From positions 38,289 through 102,288 of the forward strand of contig CAYJKK010000004.1 of the NCBI GenBank assembly GCA_964370905.1: 64,000 nt of DNA, in the 5' to 3' direction. The notes beneath the pieces are model-generated. The model worked only from the letters and a program-made list of their open reading frames with translations. It was not told the origin of the DNA and ran no database searches. Positions 1-10,887 of this stretch are shown piece by piece. Source of the DNA: an uncultured Clostridium sp. (lineage in GTDB: Bacteria; Bacillota; Clostridia; TANB77; CAG-508). Made by a program: the position numbers and the translations under genes. The first letter of the stretch is position 1. Each line of letters starts with the position of its first letter.

Positions 1-1206
1 CTAGACTATGCAAGTGGAGATAGTAAAACTGAAAATAAACAATATGTATCTACCTTAAATTGTGGAGTTTCTACTGCATATGAAGAAATGAAAATAACAA
101 AAGAAAGATGGAATAAGAAAACTGGAATAATTGGATTTCACGGTTATCAATCTTTTAAAGGTGATGAAGTAACACCAGAAGTAGCTCATAGTATTGGTAT
201 TAAATTAGCAAATGAAATATGGGGAGATAAATTTGAAGTTATAATAACTACACATTTAGATACAGATAATGTTCATAATCATTTTGTAGTTAATTCTGTT
301 TCTTGCATAGATGGTAAAAAATATTATGCTTCAAGAACTACCTATGCAAATATGAGAGCCATAAGTGATGAGATTTGCGAAGAATATGGAATAAGTGTAT
401 TAAAAGAAAAAACATCACGAAAAAGTGGTATTAATTATAGTGCATATAATGAAAAATATAAGGAGCATAATAATTATTATACAGAAACAAAAAAAGATAT
501 TGATACTGCAATATCACAAGCTAATACTTATAGGGACTTTGAAAATATATTAAGAGTTATGAAATATGAATTAATATATAGAGCAGGAGTATTAAGTGTT
601 AGAAGATTTCCATATAAGAAGAATATTAGGGTTCATCGTTCATTTGGAGAAGATTATACCAAAGAAGCTATAATTGATAGAATACAAAAAGAAACAATAA
701 ATATAGATATGTCAGAAAAAGAAGTTAGTATTAGAAAGTATTACAGTAAGTTTAGTGATGTTAAAAAAGAAAAAGCAAAAGGTTTATATGGCTTATATCT
801 TCACTACTGTTATTTATTAAAAGTATTTCCAGTAAAATATCCTAAAAAAGTTTTAAGTGCTGAAATGAAAGCAGAGATAAAGTTAATGGATAAGATTTCA
901 AATCAAACAATATTTTTAGTAACAAAAGAGATAAAAACTGATAGTGAACTTTTAGAATATAAAGTTAAAAATAGTACTCAATTAAATGAGTGGATTAGTA
1001 CAAGAATTAATCTTTGGAAAAGGTATAATCGTAGTACAAATGAAAATGAAAAAATAGAAATTAGAAGTAAGATAGATATACTATCTAAAGATATTAATAA
1101 AGTCAGGAAGGAAGTGGAAATATGTGATGAAATAATAGATAGATTAGATGTAGTAAGAACTAATATAGAAAAACATTATGAAGTAGAAAAAAGAAAGGAG
1201 AGATGA
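1..1206 (+). CDS. Conjugative relaxase (MobA/VirD2-type relaxase/mobilisation nuclease domain), 5'-truncated by the window edge
   Basis: Frame 1 is open from nt 1. His-rich metal motif HLDTDNVHNHFVVNSV. C-terminal coiled-coil region. Confidence 0.8.
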   Translation, partial: LDYASGDSKTENKQYVSTLNCGVSTAYEEMKITKERWNKKTGIIGFHGYQSFKGDEVTPEVAHSIGIKLANEIWGDKFEVIITTHLDTDNVHNHFVVNSVSCIDGKKYYASRTTYANMRAISDEICEEYGISVLKEKTSRKSGINYSAYNEKYKEHNNYYTETKKDIDTAISQANTYRDFENILRVMKYELIYRAGVLSVRRFPYKKNIRVHRSFGEDYTKEAIIDRIQKETINIDMSEKEVSIRKYYSKFSDVKKEKAKGLYGLYLHYCYLLKVFPVKYPKKVLSAEMKAEIKLMDKISNQTIFLVTKEIKTDSELLEYKVKNSTQLNEWISTRINLWKRYNRSTNENEKIEIRSKIDILSKDINKVRKEVEICDEIIDRLDVVRTNIEKHYEVEKRKER

Positions 1207-1931
1207 CAATGGTTTCATCGGGAGATTCAGCTGAATCAATTGTAAGAATGTTATTACAAGGAACAGAAGTAGTTGTTAAAATTACAGGTTCTGCTATTAA
1301 AAATGTAGCTGTTGCATTATATGCGTTATCTAAAGAAAAAGGTAATAGTAAAGGAAAAGTTAATTTAACTAAAATGTTAAATACAAAAAAGGAATGTAAA
1401 ATTTATTCAATAAAAGAAGAAGATTTAAAAGTGTTTAAAAAGCAAGCAAATATATATGGAGTACTCTTTTGTGCATTAGTTAATAAAAATGAAAAATCAA
1501 AAGATGGTATGGTAGATTTAATGATAAGGTCAGAAGACGCTTCAAAAGTTAATAGGATAGTATCTAGGTTTAATCTATCAAGTATTGACCGTGCAACTTT
1601 AAGAACGGAAAATGAAAAAGATATAAACTTGAATGCTAAAATTGAAACTAAAACAACTACAAAAACAAAGACTAAAATTATAGAAGATAAAGAAAAGAGA
1701 GAAGTAGACCCAAAGTCTATGGGGGAGAAGTTAAAAAATCAGTCAGAGAATTTATCAAATACCAAAAATCAACAAATGGACATTAAAGATGAAAAAACAT
1801 CAGTAAAAGAAAAAATAGATGGATTTAAAGATAAAATTAAAAGTAAGGAAGAAGAAAAATCTAAAGCTAGAGATGTTAGAGGAAAAAAGCCTGAAAAAAC
1901 TAAAAAGAAAAATAGAAAAAAAGAAAGGTAG
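1203..1931 (+). CDS. PcfB-like (DUF3801-type) conjugation accessory protein with a Lys/Glu-rich tail
   Basis: Overlaps the relaxase stop by 4 nt. Sits between relaxase and T4CP, as in Firmicute ICEs. The N-terminal region resembles the PcfB family from memory. Confidence 0.5.
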   Translation: MTMVSSGDSAESIVRMLLQGTEVVVKITGSAIKNVAVALYALSKEKGNSKGKVNLTKMLNTKKECKIYSIKEEDLKVFKKQANIYGVLFCALVNKNEKSKDGMVDLMIRSEDASKVNRIVSRFNLSSIDRATLRTENEKDINLNAKIETKTTTKTKTKIIEDKEKREVDPKSMGEKLKNQSENLSNTKNQQMDIKDEKTSVKEKIDGFKDKIKSKEEEKSKARDVRGKKPEKTKKKNRKKER

Positions 1932-1938
1932 GTAGAAT

Positions 1939-2136
1939 ATGAGAGAAACAGTTTCAAGTGTTGATTTAGAACAATGGGAATCGAATATAATATTAAAAGC
2001 ATTAAATAATTTGAAGAATAATGTCGAAAGTAGAGATGAAATAGCGATAATAAGTGAATTGATTTTAAAAGTACTAGATGCCCCCGAAAAGAAAGTACCT
2101 CTAAATAAGATAAGAAAGGATTTAAATGAACGATAA
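1939..2136 (+). CDS. Small hypothetical protein (65 aa), overlaps the T4CP start
   Basis: ORF with the RBS-like sequence aaaggtaggtagaat upstream. Overlaps the next gene by 11 nt. Confidence 0.4.
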   Translation: MRETVSSVDLEQWESNIILKALNNLKNNVESRDEIAIISELILKVLDAPEKKVPLNKIRKDLNER

Positions 2137-3955
2137 AAACAAATCAACTACAATTATAGTTATAGTTGGTTCTGTTTTTGTAATATGGTTTTCTTTACTA
2201 ATAGCACCACTAATAGATGGTGGAATAATAAAAATAGTAAATGATTTTCCAAGTGTAATTAATAATCCATTTAAAATAAGTTTGTGTGATAATAGTTTAA
2301 AGGTTACTATTATTTTTTTATTGTCCTATTTATTAGGTATATATATTTATAACTCCACTAAGAGAAATTACAGAAAAAAAGAAGAACACGGCTCTGCGAA
2401 GTGGGGAAACAAAAAATATATAAATAAAAAGTATCAGCAAAAACCTATTTCGCAAAACAAGATATTAACACAAGATGTATCAATAGGATTAAATGGTAAA
2501 AAGCATAGAAGAAATCTAAATGTACTTGTATGTGGTGGAAGTGGTAGTGGTAAGACTAGATTTTATTGTAAGCCAAATATTATGCAAGCTAATACTTCTT
2601 TTGTAATATTAGACCCTAAAGGGGAAATTTTAAGAGATACAGGATATTTGTTAGAGAAAAAAGGATATACAATTAAAGTGTTAGATTTATTAACAATGGA
2701 AAAATCTCATTGCTATAATCCTTTTGCATATATTAAAGATGATAATGATGTACAAAAACTTGTTACAAATTTGTTTAAATCTACAACACCAAAAGACTCA
2801 AAAGGTTCTTCAGATCCATTTTGGGATACTGCAGCTGCTATGTTATTATTAGCACTTATATTTTATTTAAAACATGAAGCTCCAGATGAAGAACAAAACT
2901 TTCCAATGGTTATGGAAATGTTAAGAGCTGGAGAGATAAAAGAAGATGAAGATATGTATGAGAGTCCTTTGGATATGTTATTTAATGAGTTAGAACAAGA
3001 AAATCCTAGTCATATTGCTATTAAATATTATAGAGATTATAGAAGCGGGAGTTCAAAGACATTAAAGTCAATACAAGTAACATTATCATCAAGGTTAGAA
3101 AAATTTAATTTAACAACTCTTGCAGGAATTACAATAACAGATGAAATGGAGTTATCAAAATTAGGTGAAGAAAAGACAGCTTTATTTGCACTAATACCAG
3201 ATAATGACACATCATTTAATTTTATTGTAAGTATTTTATATACTCAATTATTTCAGCAGTTGTTTTGGATTGCAGATTTTAAATATGGTGGAAGATTACC
3301 AGTTCCAGTACATTTTGTTATGGACGAGTTTGCTAATGTAAGTCTACCAGACGATTTTGATAAAATACTTTCTGTAATGAGAAGTCGTGAAGTATCAGTA
3401 TCTATTATCTTACAAAATCTAGCACAATTAAAAGCATTATTTGAAAAGCAATGGGAATCAATTGTTGGAAATTGTGATGAATTTTTATACTTAGGTGGAA
3501 ATGAGCAAAGTACTCATAAGTATGTAAGTGAATTATTAGGTAAAGAAACTATTGATATGAATACTTATGGAAAATCAGCTGGTAGAAATGGTAGTTATTC
3601 AACTAATTATCAGCTTAGTGGTAGAGAGTTATTAATGCCAGATGAAGTTAGGACGGTTGATAATCAAGAAGCTATATTATTTATTAGAGGCGAAAAACCT
3701 ATAATGGATAAGAAATATGACATATTAAAACATCCTAATATTAATCTAGTTACAGATGGAAAAGCAAAACCGTATTTACACGGGGGAACAGAATATTCAA
3801 CTGGTGTAATAGAGTTAGAAGGAATATTCAAATATAGTAAAACAGAAGAAGAAACAGATATTGAAAGTGATTATATTATATTAACAAATGATGATGTAGA
3901 TAATTATTTTGATGAATTAGAGAATAAAAATAAAGAAATTAATAATGATAATTAA
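2126..3955 (+). CDS. Type IV coupling protein (VirD4/TraG family ATPase)
   Basis: Two N-terminal TM segments. Walker A VCGGSGSGKT. Walker B-like VHFVMDEFAN. Confidence 0.85.
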   Translation: MNDKNKSTTIIVIVGSVFVIWFSLLIAPLIDGGIIKIVNDFPSVINNPFKISLCDNSLKVTIIFLLSYLLGIYIYNSTKRNYRKKEEHGSAKWGNKKYINKKYQQKPISQNKILTQDVSIGLNGKKHRRNLNVLVCGGSGSGKTRFYCKPNIMQANTSFVILDPKGEILRDTGYLLEKKGYTIKVLDLLTMEKSHCYNPFAYIKDDNDVQKLVTNLFKSTTPKDSKGSSDPFWDTAAAMLLLALIFYLKHEAPDEEQNFPMVMEMLRAGEIKEDEDMYESPLDMLFNELEQENPSHIAIKYYRDYRSGSSKTLKSIQVTLSSRLEKFNLTTLAGITITDEMELSKLGEEKTALFALIPDNDTSFNFIVSILYTQLFQQLFWIADFKYGGRLPVPVHFVMDEFANVSLPDDFDKILSVMRSREVSVSIILQNLAQLKALFEKQWESIVGNCDEFLYLGGNEQSTHKYVSELLGKETIDMNTYGKSAGRNGSYSTNYQLSGRELLMPDEVRTVDNQEAILFIRGEKPIMDKKYDILKHPNINLVTDGKAKPYLHGGTEYSTGVIELEGIFKYSKTEEETDIESDYIILTNDDVDNYFDELENKNKEINNDN

Positions 3956-3999
3956 GCACTTACTAGATAGGTGCTTTTAATAAAGGAAGGAATTAAATT

Positions 4000-4305
4000 A
4001 TGAATAAGAAATATTTTAAAATATATGTAATGTTAATGTTAGTTCTAGGACTAACTATTTTTTCAGCTACTGGAGTAATGGCAAATAGTGGCGACCCACT
4101 TGCAGTTGTGAATAATTTATCAAGTTTTATATTTGGTTTTATTAGAGCAATAGGAATGATAATTTTAGGATTTGGAGTTGTGCAACTAGGTTTATCATTC
4201 AAATCACACGATCCAAGTCAAAGGGCAAATGGTTTTCTAACATTAGCAGGGGGAATTGTTATAACTTTTGCACAAGAAATATTAAACTTGATAGTAGGAG
4301 GATAG
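4000..4305 (+). CDS. Small membrane protein, VirB2/pilin-analogue (Maff2-like) candidate
   Basis: 101 aa with a signal-like N-terminus and two hydrophobic helices. Positioned after the T4CP. Confidence 0.5.
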   Translation: MNKKYFKIYVMLMLVLGLTIFSATGVMANSGDPLAVVNNLSSFIFGFIRAIGMIILGFGVVQLGLSFKSHDPSQRANGFLTLAGGIVITFAQEILNLIVGG

Positions 4306-4335
4306 GTATTACCTATCCTTTAGGAGGTGAGAAAA

Positions 4336-5172
4336 ATGAGTGATAGTTGGGTGGTTCAGAACTTACAAAATGCTTTAGATACTTGGAATGAGAAACTAGC
4401 AGAAATATGGTTATTAATAACACAATCTCCAGCAGAATTTAAAGGTGGAACTATATGGGAAGCGATATTAAACATTCACGGTGGATTACAAGCAATAGGA
4501 CTTGCATTATTGGTATTATTCTTTGTTATAGGTGTTGTTAAAACTTGTGGTTCGTTTGCTGAAATAAAAAGACCAGAGCAAGCATTTAAACTGTTTATAA
4601 GGTTTGCTATAGCTAAAGTAATAGTAACTTATGGACTAGATTTAATGCTTGCATTATTTGATATAGTACAAGGAGTGATTTTACAAATAAAAACAACTGT
4701 AGGCTTAGGAGAGGCAGAAACAACAGTATTACCAGAGAGTATTATTACATCAATAGAAAGTGTAGGATTTTTTGATTCAATACCATTATGGGCAGTTACT
4801 CTTATTGGTGGATTATTAATAACAGTACTAGCATTTATTATGATAATGACTGTTTATGGACGATTTTTTAAATTATATATTTATACTGCAATAGCACCAA
4901 TACCATTATCTACATTTGCAGGAGAACCTACACAGCAAGTAGGTAAAACATTTTTAAAAAGCTATGTAGGAGTTTGTTTAGAAGGTGCTATTATTGTACT
5001 TGCTTGTATAATGTTTAGTTTGTTTGCGTCAAGCCCACCAGTAGTTGATGAAACAGCACAAGCAGTTACACAAGTATGGACTTATGTAGGAGAGTTAGTA
5101 TTTAATTTACTTGTATTAGTAGGTACAATTAAGTTAGCAGATAGAGTAACAAAAGAAATGATGGGATTATAA
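4336..5172 (+). CDS. Polytopic membrane protein, VirB6/TrbL-like T4SS channel component
   Basis: Multiple TM helices. RBS AGGAGGTGA lies 5 nt before the ATG at 4336 (the ORF track starts at the GTG at 4327). Confidence 0.6.
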   Translation: MSDSWVVQNLQNALDTWNEKLAEIWLLITQSPAEFKGGTIWEAILNIHGGLQAIGLALLVLFFVIGVVKTCGSFAEIKRPEQAFKLFIRFAIAKVIVTYGLDLMLALFDIVQGVILQIKTTVGLGEAETTVLPESIITSIESVGFFDSIPLWAVTLIGGLLITVLAFIMIMTVYGRFFKLYIYTAIAPIPLSTFAGEPTQQVGKTFLKSYVGVCLEGAIIVLACIMFSLFASSPPVVDETAQAVTQVWTYVGELVFNLLVLVGTIKLADRVTKEMMGL

Positions 5173-5195
5173 TTAAAAAGGAAGGAAATAAGAAT

Positions 5196-6074
5196 ATGAG
5201 TATTTTAAAAGAATATGAAGATATTAAAAATAAGTTAGGTAATGCAGAATGGGAATTAATAGAAGAATATGTAGATAAACATAGAGATATTGAATTATCA
5301 GATGTATTATATAAAGAAAAAGAGTTTGATAAATTTAAAGATTGGAAAATAAATAAGTATATTAAAGAAACTACTGATAAGGTTTTGAATAAAGCAAATA
5401 CTGTATTACAAACAGAAGAATATAAAGGTTATAGCATAGACTATATTTTAATTGATAAAAAAGAAGAAAATAAATCTTTTGCAGTGTTATCAAATACAGA
5501 TGTTGTAGGTGTACTTGAATTAGGAAAAGAAAATATAGTTGAGATAGTAGAGTGGGATTATAATTATGATACCTACTTTTTAGAAGATTTGCATACTAAT
5601 CATATAGGTTATATATCAAATAGCTTTCACCACAATATTATGTGTTCAATTAATGAAACATATCCTATAGATGTATGTGATAAAGCTGGATTACAAATAT
5701 ATCTTAAATATTGTAAAGATAATAATATCACAAATGAAATTATTGGGAAAAGCGTAAAACTAGATACGCCAGATGTATTAAAATATCAATATGACGAATC
5801 AGTATATTATAAGGATAATAAATCAATTGTAATGACAGGTGTTAGAAATAAAGATACAAAAATAGCACTTATAATGAAAGAAGCAGATAGATTAATAGAT
5901 ACTGAATTTATAATAGCATTTAATTATAAAATCGATGGAGATGATATATCTTGGGGATATGGTAAATATTATGGCAATGATGAAAAGAAAGCAATTAAAG
6001 ATATAGAAAGAGCTGTTGCAGGGCATAGCTTAGATAATAGCTTTAAAAAACTAAAAACAGAAAGGGAGAGATAA
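5196..6074 (+). CDS. Hypothetical ICE protein (292 aa)
   Basis: ORF with RBS aaaggaagg. No motif recognised. Confidence 0.5.
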   Translation: MSILKEYEDIKNKLGNAEWELIEEYVDKHRDIELSDVLYKEKEFDKFKDWKINKYIKETTDKVLNKANTVLQTEEYKGYSIDYILIDKKEENKSFAVLSNTDVVGVLELGKENIVEIVEWDYNYDTYFLEDLHTNHIGYISNSFHHNIMCSINETYPIDVCDKAGLQIYLKYCKDNNITNEIIGKSVKLDTPDVLKYQYDESVYYKDNKSIVMTGVRNKDTKIALIMKEADRLIDTEFIIAFNYKIDGDDISWGYGKYYGNDEKKAIKDIERAVAGHSLDNSFKKLKTERER

Positions 6075-6078
6075 TACA

Positions 6079-6429
6079 ATGGAAGTGAAAATAAATAGAG
6101 AAATTAGAGATTATACTGAGTCTATATTTTTTGGATTATCTTTTAGGCAATTTATATTTTCAGTCTTAGGTTGTTGTGTATCAGTTCTAGTCTATTTTAT
6201 CTTTAAAGATATATTAGGTACTGAAACAATAAGTTGGGTGTGCATTTTAAGTGCATTCCCTTTTGCTATATTAGGATTTGTTAAATACAATGGTATGACT
6301 GCTGAAAAGTTTATAGTTGCTTTTATTAAATCAGAGCTTTTAATTCCAAAGAAGCTATGTTTCAAGCCGACAAACCTATATTATGAATTAACTAAAAAAA
6401 GAGATAAACCTAAGAAAGGAAAGATGTAA
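6079..6429 (+). CDS. PrgI/VirB3-like small membrane protein
   Basis: 116 aa with two TM helices, immediately upstream of and abutting VirB4. Confidence 0.6.
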   Translation: MEVKINREIRDYTESIFFGLSFRQFIFSVLGCCVSVLVYFIFKDILGTETISWVCILSAFPFAILGFVKYNGMTAEKFIVAFIKSELLIPKKLCFKPTNLYYELTKKRDKPKKGKM

Positions 6430-6430
6430 A

Positions 6431-8767
6431 ATGAAATCATTAAAAAATATGTTTAAGAAAGAAAAAGAGAAATTTATAATACCAAAAGGTGTGCAAGATA
6501 CAATACCAATAAGTAGGATATATGAAGATGGTATTTTTGTAATAGGTAAAAATAAATATACCAAAACTTTTAAGTTTAGTGATATTAATTATGCTGTTGC
6601 AAGTAAAAGTGATAAAGAGTCAATGTTTTTAAAATATAGTGAACTTTTAAATTCATTTGAAAGTGGTGCTACTGCTAAAATTACAATAAATAATAGGAAA
6701 ATGAACAAAATAGATTTTGATAATAATGTAAGTTTGAAATTAAATAAAGATGAATTAGATGTATATAGAAATGAATATAATAAAATTTTGTTAGACCAAA
6801 TATCAATCTCTAGTAATATGACACAGGAAAAATATATTACAGTTTCTATTTTAAAAAAGAGTATTGAAGAAGCAAGAAGTTATTTTGCTAGAGTTAGTGT
6901 AGACATTAATAATTATTTAGGTGAATTAGGTTCTAAATGTAATGAATTAGATAGTAATGAAAGATTAAGAATGTTGTATGATTTTTATAGGACAGGGGAA
7001 GAAAGTTATTTTAATTTTGATATGATAGATAATATGAGAAAAGGACACAGTTTTAAAGATTATATTTGTCCAGAAAGTATGGAATTTAAAAGTGATTATT
7101 TTAGAATTGGAAATAGGTTTGGAAGAGTTATATTTTTAAAAGATTATGCTTCATATATAAAAGATAGTATGATTTCTGAATTAACTGAAATTAATAATAA
7201 TTCTATGATGAGCATTGATATATTACCAATAGCGACTGATGAAGCAGTTACAGAAGTTAGAAATAGAAATTTAGGCGTTGAAACAAATATTACTAACTGG
7301 CAAAGAAGACAAAATGCTAATAATAATTTTAGTGCTATTATCCCGTACGACTTAGAACAACAAAGAAAAGAGTCTAAAGAATTTTTGGAAGATTTAACAA
7401 CTCGTGATCAAAGAATGTTTATGGCAGTATTAAGCTATGTATATACAGCTGATTCAAAAGAAGAATTGGATAATATAACTGAATCACTTTTTACAACAGC
7501 AAGAAAACATCTATGTCAGTTGGGAGTATTAAAATATCAACAATTAGATGGAATTAAAACAGCATTACCATTTGGAGATAGAAAAATAGATGTATTACGA
7601 ACATTAACAACAGAAAGTTTATCAATTTTAATGCCATTTAGAGTGCAAGAAATTAATCACTCAAATGGTATTTTTTATGGTCAAAATGTAATTAGTAAAA
7701 ATATGATAATAGCAGATAGAAAGCAGTTACTAAATGGTAATTCATTTATTTTAGGAGTAAGTGGGAGTGGGAAAAGTTTTAGTGCTAAAAATGAAATTGT
7801 ATCTACTATACTTAGAAATCCAGAGGCAGATATTATTATAATAGATCCAGAGCGTGAATATTCTGAACTTGTAAAAGCATTAAAAGGCGAAGTTATAAAA
7901 ATTTCTTCAAGTTCAAATAATCATATAAATGCAATGGATTTGAATAGTGAATATGGAGATGGAATTAATCCAGTATTATTAAAAGCTGAATTTGTGTTAT
8001 CTCTTTGTGAACAATTAATTGGTAGGAATAATATAGGTGCAAAACAAAGGTCTGTTATTGATAGGTGTACAGCTGATGTATATAAATATTATCAACAAGG
8101 AAATTATCAAGGGACAGCCCCAACATTAGAAGATTTTAGAATTGAATTATTAAAACAAAAAGAAACAGAAGCAAAAGAAATAGCACTTGCAATAGAATTA
8201 TTTACAAAAGGTTCTTTAAACACTTTTGCAAAACATACAAATGTAGCAACTGATAGTAGATTAATATGTTATGATATATTAGATTTAGGGAAACAACTAC
8301 AATCAATGGGAATGCTAGTTATATTAGATTCAATATTAAATAGGATAACAAAAAATAGAAATAAAGGTAAAAATACTTTTATATTTATTGATGAAATATA
8401 TCTTTTATTTCAACATCAATATTCATCTGAGTTTTTATTTACTCTATGGAAAAGAGTTAGAAAATATGGGGCATTTTGTACAGGAATAACTCAAAATGTA
8501 GAAGACTTACTACAAAGTCATAATGCAAGGACAATGTTAGCTAACTCAGAATTTATTATAATGTTAAATCAAGCTAGTACTGATAGAATAGAATTAGGTA
8601 AGTTATTAAATATATCTGAAATACAAATAAACTACATTACAAATGTAGGAGCTGGGCAAGGTCTTATTAAAATAGGAAGTTCACTAGTTCCATTTATAAA
8701 TAAATTTCCAAGTAATACTAAGTTATACAAATTGATGTCTACAAAACCGAATGAAGATAAAGAATAA
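6431..8767 (+). CDS. VirB4-like conjugal transfer ATPase
   Basis: 778 aa. Walker A GVSGSGKS. Walker B FIFIDEIY. Confidence 0.85.
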   Translation: MKSLKNMFKKEKEKFIIPKGVQDTIPISRIYEDGIFVIGKNKYTKTFKFSDINYAVASKSDKESMFLKYSELLNSFESGATAKITINNRKMNKIDFDNNVSLKLNKDELDVYRNEYNKILLDQISISSNMTQEKYITVSILKKSIEEARSYFARVSVDINNYLGELGSKCNELDSNERLRMLYDFYRTGEESYFNFDMIDNMRKGHSFKDYICPESMEFKSDYFRIGNRFGRVIFLKDYASYIKDSMISELTEINNNSMMSIDILPIATDEAVTEVRNRNLGVETNITNWQRRQNANNNFSAIIPYDLEQQRKESKEFLEDLTTRDQRMFMAVLSYVYTADSKEELDNITESLFTTARKHLCQLGVLKYQQLDGIKTALPFGDRKIDVLRTLTTESLSILMPFRVQEINHSNGIFYGQNVISKNMIIADRKQLLNGNSFILGVSGSGKSFSAKNEIVSTILRNPEADIIIIDPEREYSELVKALKGEVIKISSSSNNHINAMDLNSEYGDGINPVLLKAEFVLSLCEQLIGRNNIGAKQRSVIDRCTADVYKYYQQGNYQGTAPTLEDFRIELLKQKETEAKEIALAIELFTKGSLNTFAKHTNVATDSRLICYDILDLGKQLQSMGMLVILDSILNRITKNRNKGKNTFIFIDEIYLLFQHQYSSEFLFTLWKRVRKYGAFCTGITQNVEDLLQSHNARTMLANSEFIIMLNQASTDRIELGKLLNISEIQINYITNVGAGQGLIKIGSSLVPFINKFPSNTKLYKLMSTKPNEDKE

Positions 8768-8779
8768 GTAGGTGATATA

Positions 8780-10312
8780 GTGGCAGATATAAAATTAAAA
8801 GAAGTAGGAAATAAGACAATTAAAACATTAGATAAAGCAGTTACAGGATTTAAAAATACAAAAGAAAATCTAGTAGAGATAAAAAGAAATACTGATAATA
8901 TTTCTACAAAAGAAGAAACAGTAAATCAAGGTGTTAGTGATAAAATGATGAATAGTGCTAATTATGGAAAAGGAACAGTAATTAGCACTATTCCTAAAAT
9001 TGGTAACAAAGCAGTTCGAAGTACTAATAATATGATTAAATTAAAGAATAAGAATATTAAAAAACTGACTGGAAAAGCAAGCAAAAAAGCAATAAAAAGT
9101 AGTAAGGTTGCTATAAAATCAACTCAAAAAGCAGTTAAATATAGTATTAAAACAGCAAAAGAAACAGCAGTAGCAACAAGAAGAATAATGTTAGCAATTA
9201 AGCAAATTACTAGAGCTAGTTATATAGCAATTAAAACAATAATAATTGCTACAATAAAGGCGATTAAACTTGCAATTGCAGGAACAAAAGCATTAATAAG
9301 TGCAATAATTGCTGGTGGATGGATAGCTGTTATAATTATAATTGTAATATGTATTATAGCTTTAATTTGTGGTTCAGCATTTGGTATATTTTTTTCAAAC
9401 GAGAATGAGAATAGTGATAAAAATATAAGTAGTGTTATATCAAACCTAAATTTAGAATTTTCTAATAAAATAACTACTATTCAGAATGAAAATGTATATG
9501 ATGACTATAATTTAGAAGTTGATAGAGCAGATTGGAGAGAAATATTAGCAACTTACACAGCAAAAGTTACAGGTGGCAAAGGTACTAATGAAGTTGTAAC
9601 AATGGATAGTGGGAAAGAAGAAATTTTAAAAAATATATTTTGGGATATTCACGAAGTAAGTTATGAAATTAAAAGTGAAGATGTAGTAGAAGAACTAATA
9701 GATGACAATGGAGTAAGTACTTATCAAACAGTTAATAAAGATATATTATATATAAAAGTAAATAGTAAAACTGTAGATGAAATAATGAATGAATATAATT
9801 TTACAGAAACACAAAGGAAAGAAGTAAATGAGTTATTAAAAGATGAATATTCTTCTTTATGGAATTCAGCAATTTATGGTACTTCAATAGGAAGTTCTGA
9901 TATTGTAGAAGTAGCCATATCACAACTTGGAAATATTGGAGGAGAGCCATATTGGTCTTGGTATGGATTTGAATATAGAGTAGAATGGTGTGCCACTTTT
10001 GTAAGTTGGGTAGCTAATGAAACAGGATATATAGAATCAAATACTATTCCTAAGTTTGCAGGAGTAATTAACGGTATTAATTGGTTTAAAATGATTGGAG
10101 AATGGGAAGATAGTAATTATATACCAACTGAAGGTAGTATAATATTTTTTGACTGGGAACAAGATGGTATAGCAGATCACGTAGGAATAGTTGAGAAGGT
10201 AGATAAGGATAAAGTATATACAATAGAAGGTAATTCTAACAATGAATGTAAACAATTATCATATTCCTTAAATAGTAAAGTTATATATGGATATGGTACT
10301 CCTAATTATTAG
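8780..10312 (+). CDS. Membrane-anchored cell-wall hydrolase with C-terminal CHAP/NlpC-P60-type domain (VirB1 analogue)
   Basis: Central TM helix. Catalytic-type Cys in EWCATFVSW and His in DHVGIV. Confidence 0.8.
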   Translation: MADIKLKEVGNKTIKTLDKAVTGFKNTKENLVEIKRNTDNISTKEETVNQGVSDKMMNSANYGKGTVISTIPKIGNKAVRSTNNMIKLKNKNIKKLTGKASKKAIKSSKVAIKSTQKAVKYSIKTAKETAVATRRIMLAIKQITRASYIAIKTIIIATIKAIKLAIAGTKALISAIIAGGWIAVIIIIVICIIALICGSAFGIFFSNENENSDKNISSVISNLNLEFSNKITTIQNENVYDDYNLEVDRADWREILATYTAKVTGGKGTNEVVTMDSGKEEILKNIFWDIHEVSYEIKSEDVVEELIDDNGVSTYQTVNKDILYIKVNSKTVDEIMNEYNFTETQRKEVNELLKDEYSSLWNSAIYGTSIGSSDIVEVAISQLGNIGGEPYWSWYGFEYRVEWCATFVSWVANETGYIESNTIPKFAGVINGINWFKMIGEWEDSNYIPTEGSIIFFDWEQDGIADHVGIVEKVDKDKVYTIEGNSNNECKQLSYSLNSKVIYGYGTPNY

Positions 10313-10324
10313 ATGATACAGATT

Positions 10325-10347
10325 AAAACAGTCAATTTGACTGTTTT
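10325..10347. terminator. Bidirectional hairpin between convergent genes
   Basis: AAAACAGTCAA-t-TTGACTGTTTT, an 11-bp perfect stem flanked by A and T runs. Confidence 0.6.
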
Positions 10348-10736
10348 AATGCGTTTTCTAATACTATTGGTAATTTTTCTAATTCAAATGATTTTAATAA
10401 ATATCCGTCAAATCCTTCAGACAAAAACTTCGTTTCTGTTTTATATACTGAATATACAATTACTGGAGTTTCAAAATTATCTAAATCTCGCAATTTAGAT
10501 AGAAGTTTGGCACCATAAGTAATGTTTCCATCTTGATATATACTATTACTAAAAATAATATCATAGGAATTAGTAATAACTTTTTTGAATACTTCATCAG
10601 CAGTTGATACAATTTCTACTTTAAATCCAAAATTAATTAAGTGTTTTTCTAATAATTCTGCAAAATGCTTGTTATAACAGCCAATAAGAGCTTTTTTGTT
10701 CGCATAAATGTTTAAATATTTTTCTTCAAATAACAT
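10332..10736 (-). CDS. Stand-alone CheY-like receiver-fold protein lacking the acidic pocket (pseudo-receiver)
   Basis: REC-like pattern: beta5 GYLLKSF with the conserved Lys, and VIVYSVY. The DD position reads GCYNK and the phospho-Asp position reads IIFSNS. Confidence 0.55.
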   Translation of the reverse strand: MLFEEKYLNIYANKKALIGCYNKHFAELLEKHLINFGFKVEIVSTADEVFKKVITNSYDIIFSNSIYQDGNITYGAKLLSKLRDLDNFETPVIVYSVYKTETKFLSEGFDGYLLKSFELEKLPIVLENALKQSN

Positions 10737-10887
10737 TAAAGGCTCCTTTCTTATATTAAATACTATCTTATATTATATAACATTTACATTGAAAATTAAA
10801 TACTTTTTCAAAATTTTATCCAACAGTTGTTCATAGACATATTTAGTCATTTTTTGTAGCATAATATTATATATGGAGGTAAATGTT

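Noticed and set aside
1769-2147. Minus-strand ORFs 1769-2002 and 1800-2147 from the ORF track
   Set aside because: Low-complexity Phe/Leu/Ser-rich shadow frames, antisense to Lys/Glu-rich coding sequence. No RBS.
10313-10498. Plus-strand 61-aa ORF after the CHAP gene
   Set aside because: Overlaps the better-supported minus-strand receiver-fold gene and runs through the bidirectional terminator hairpin.
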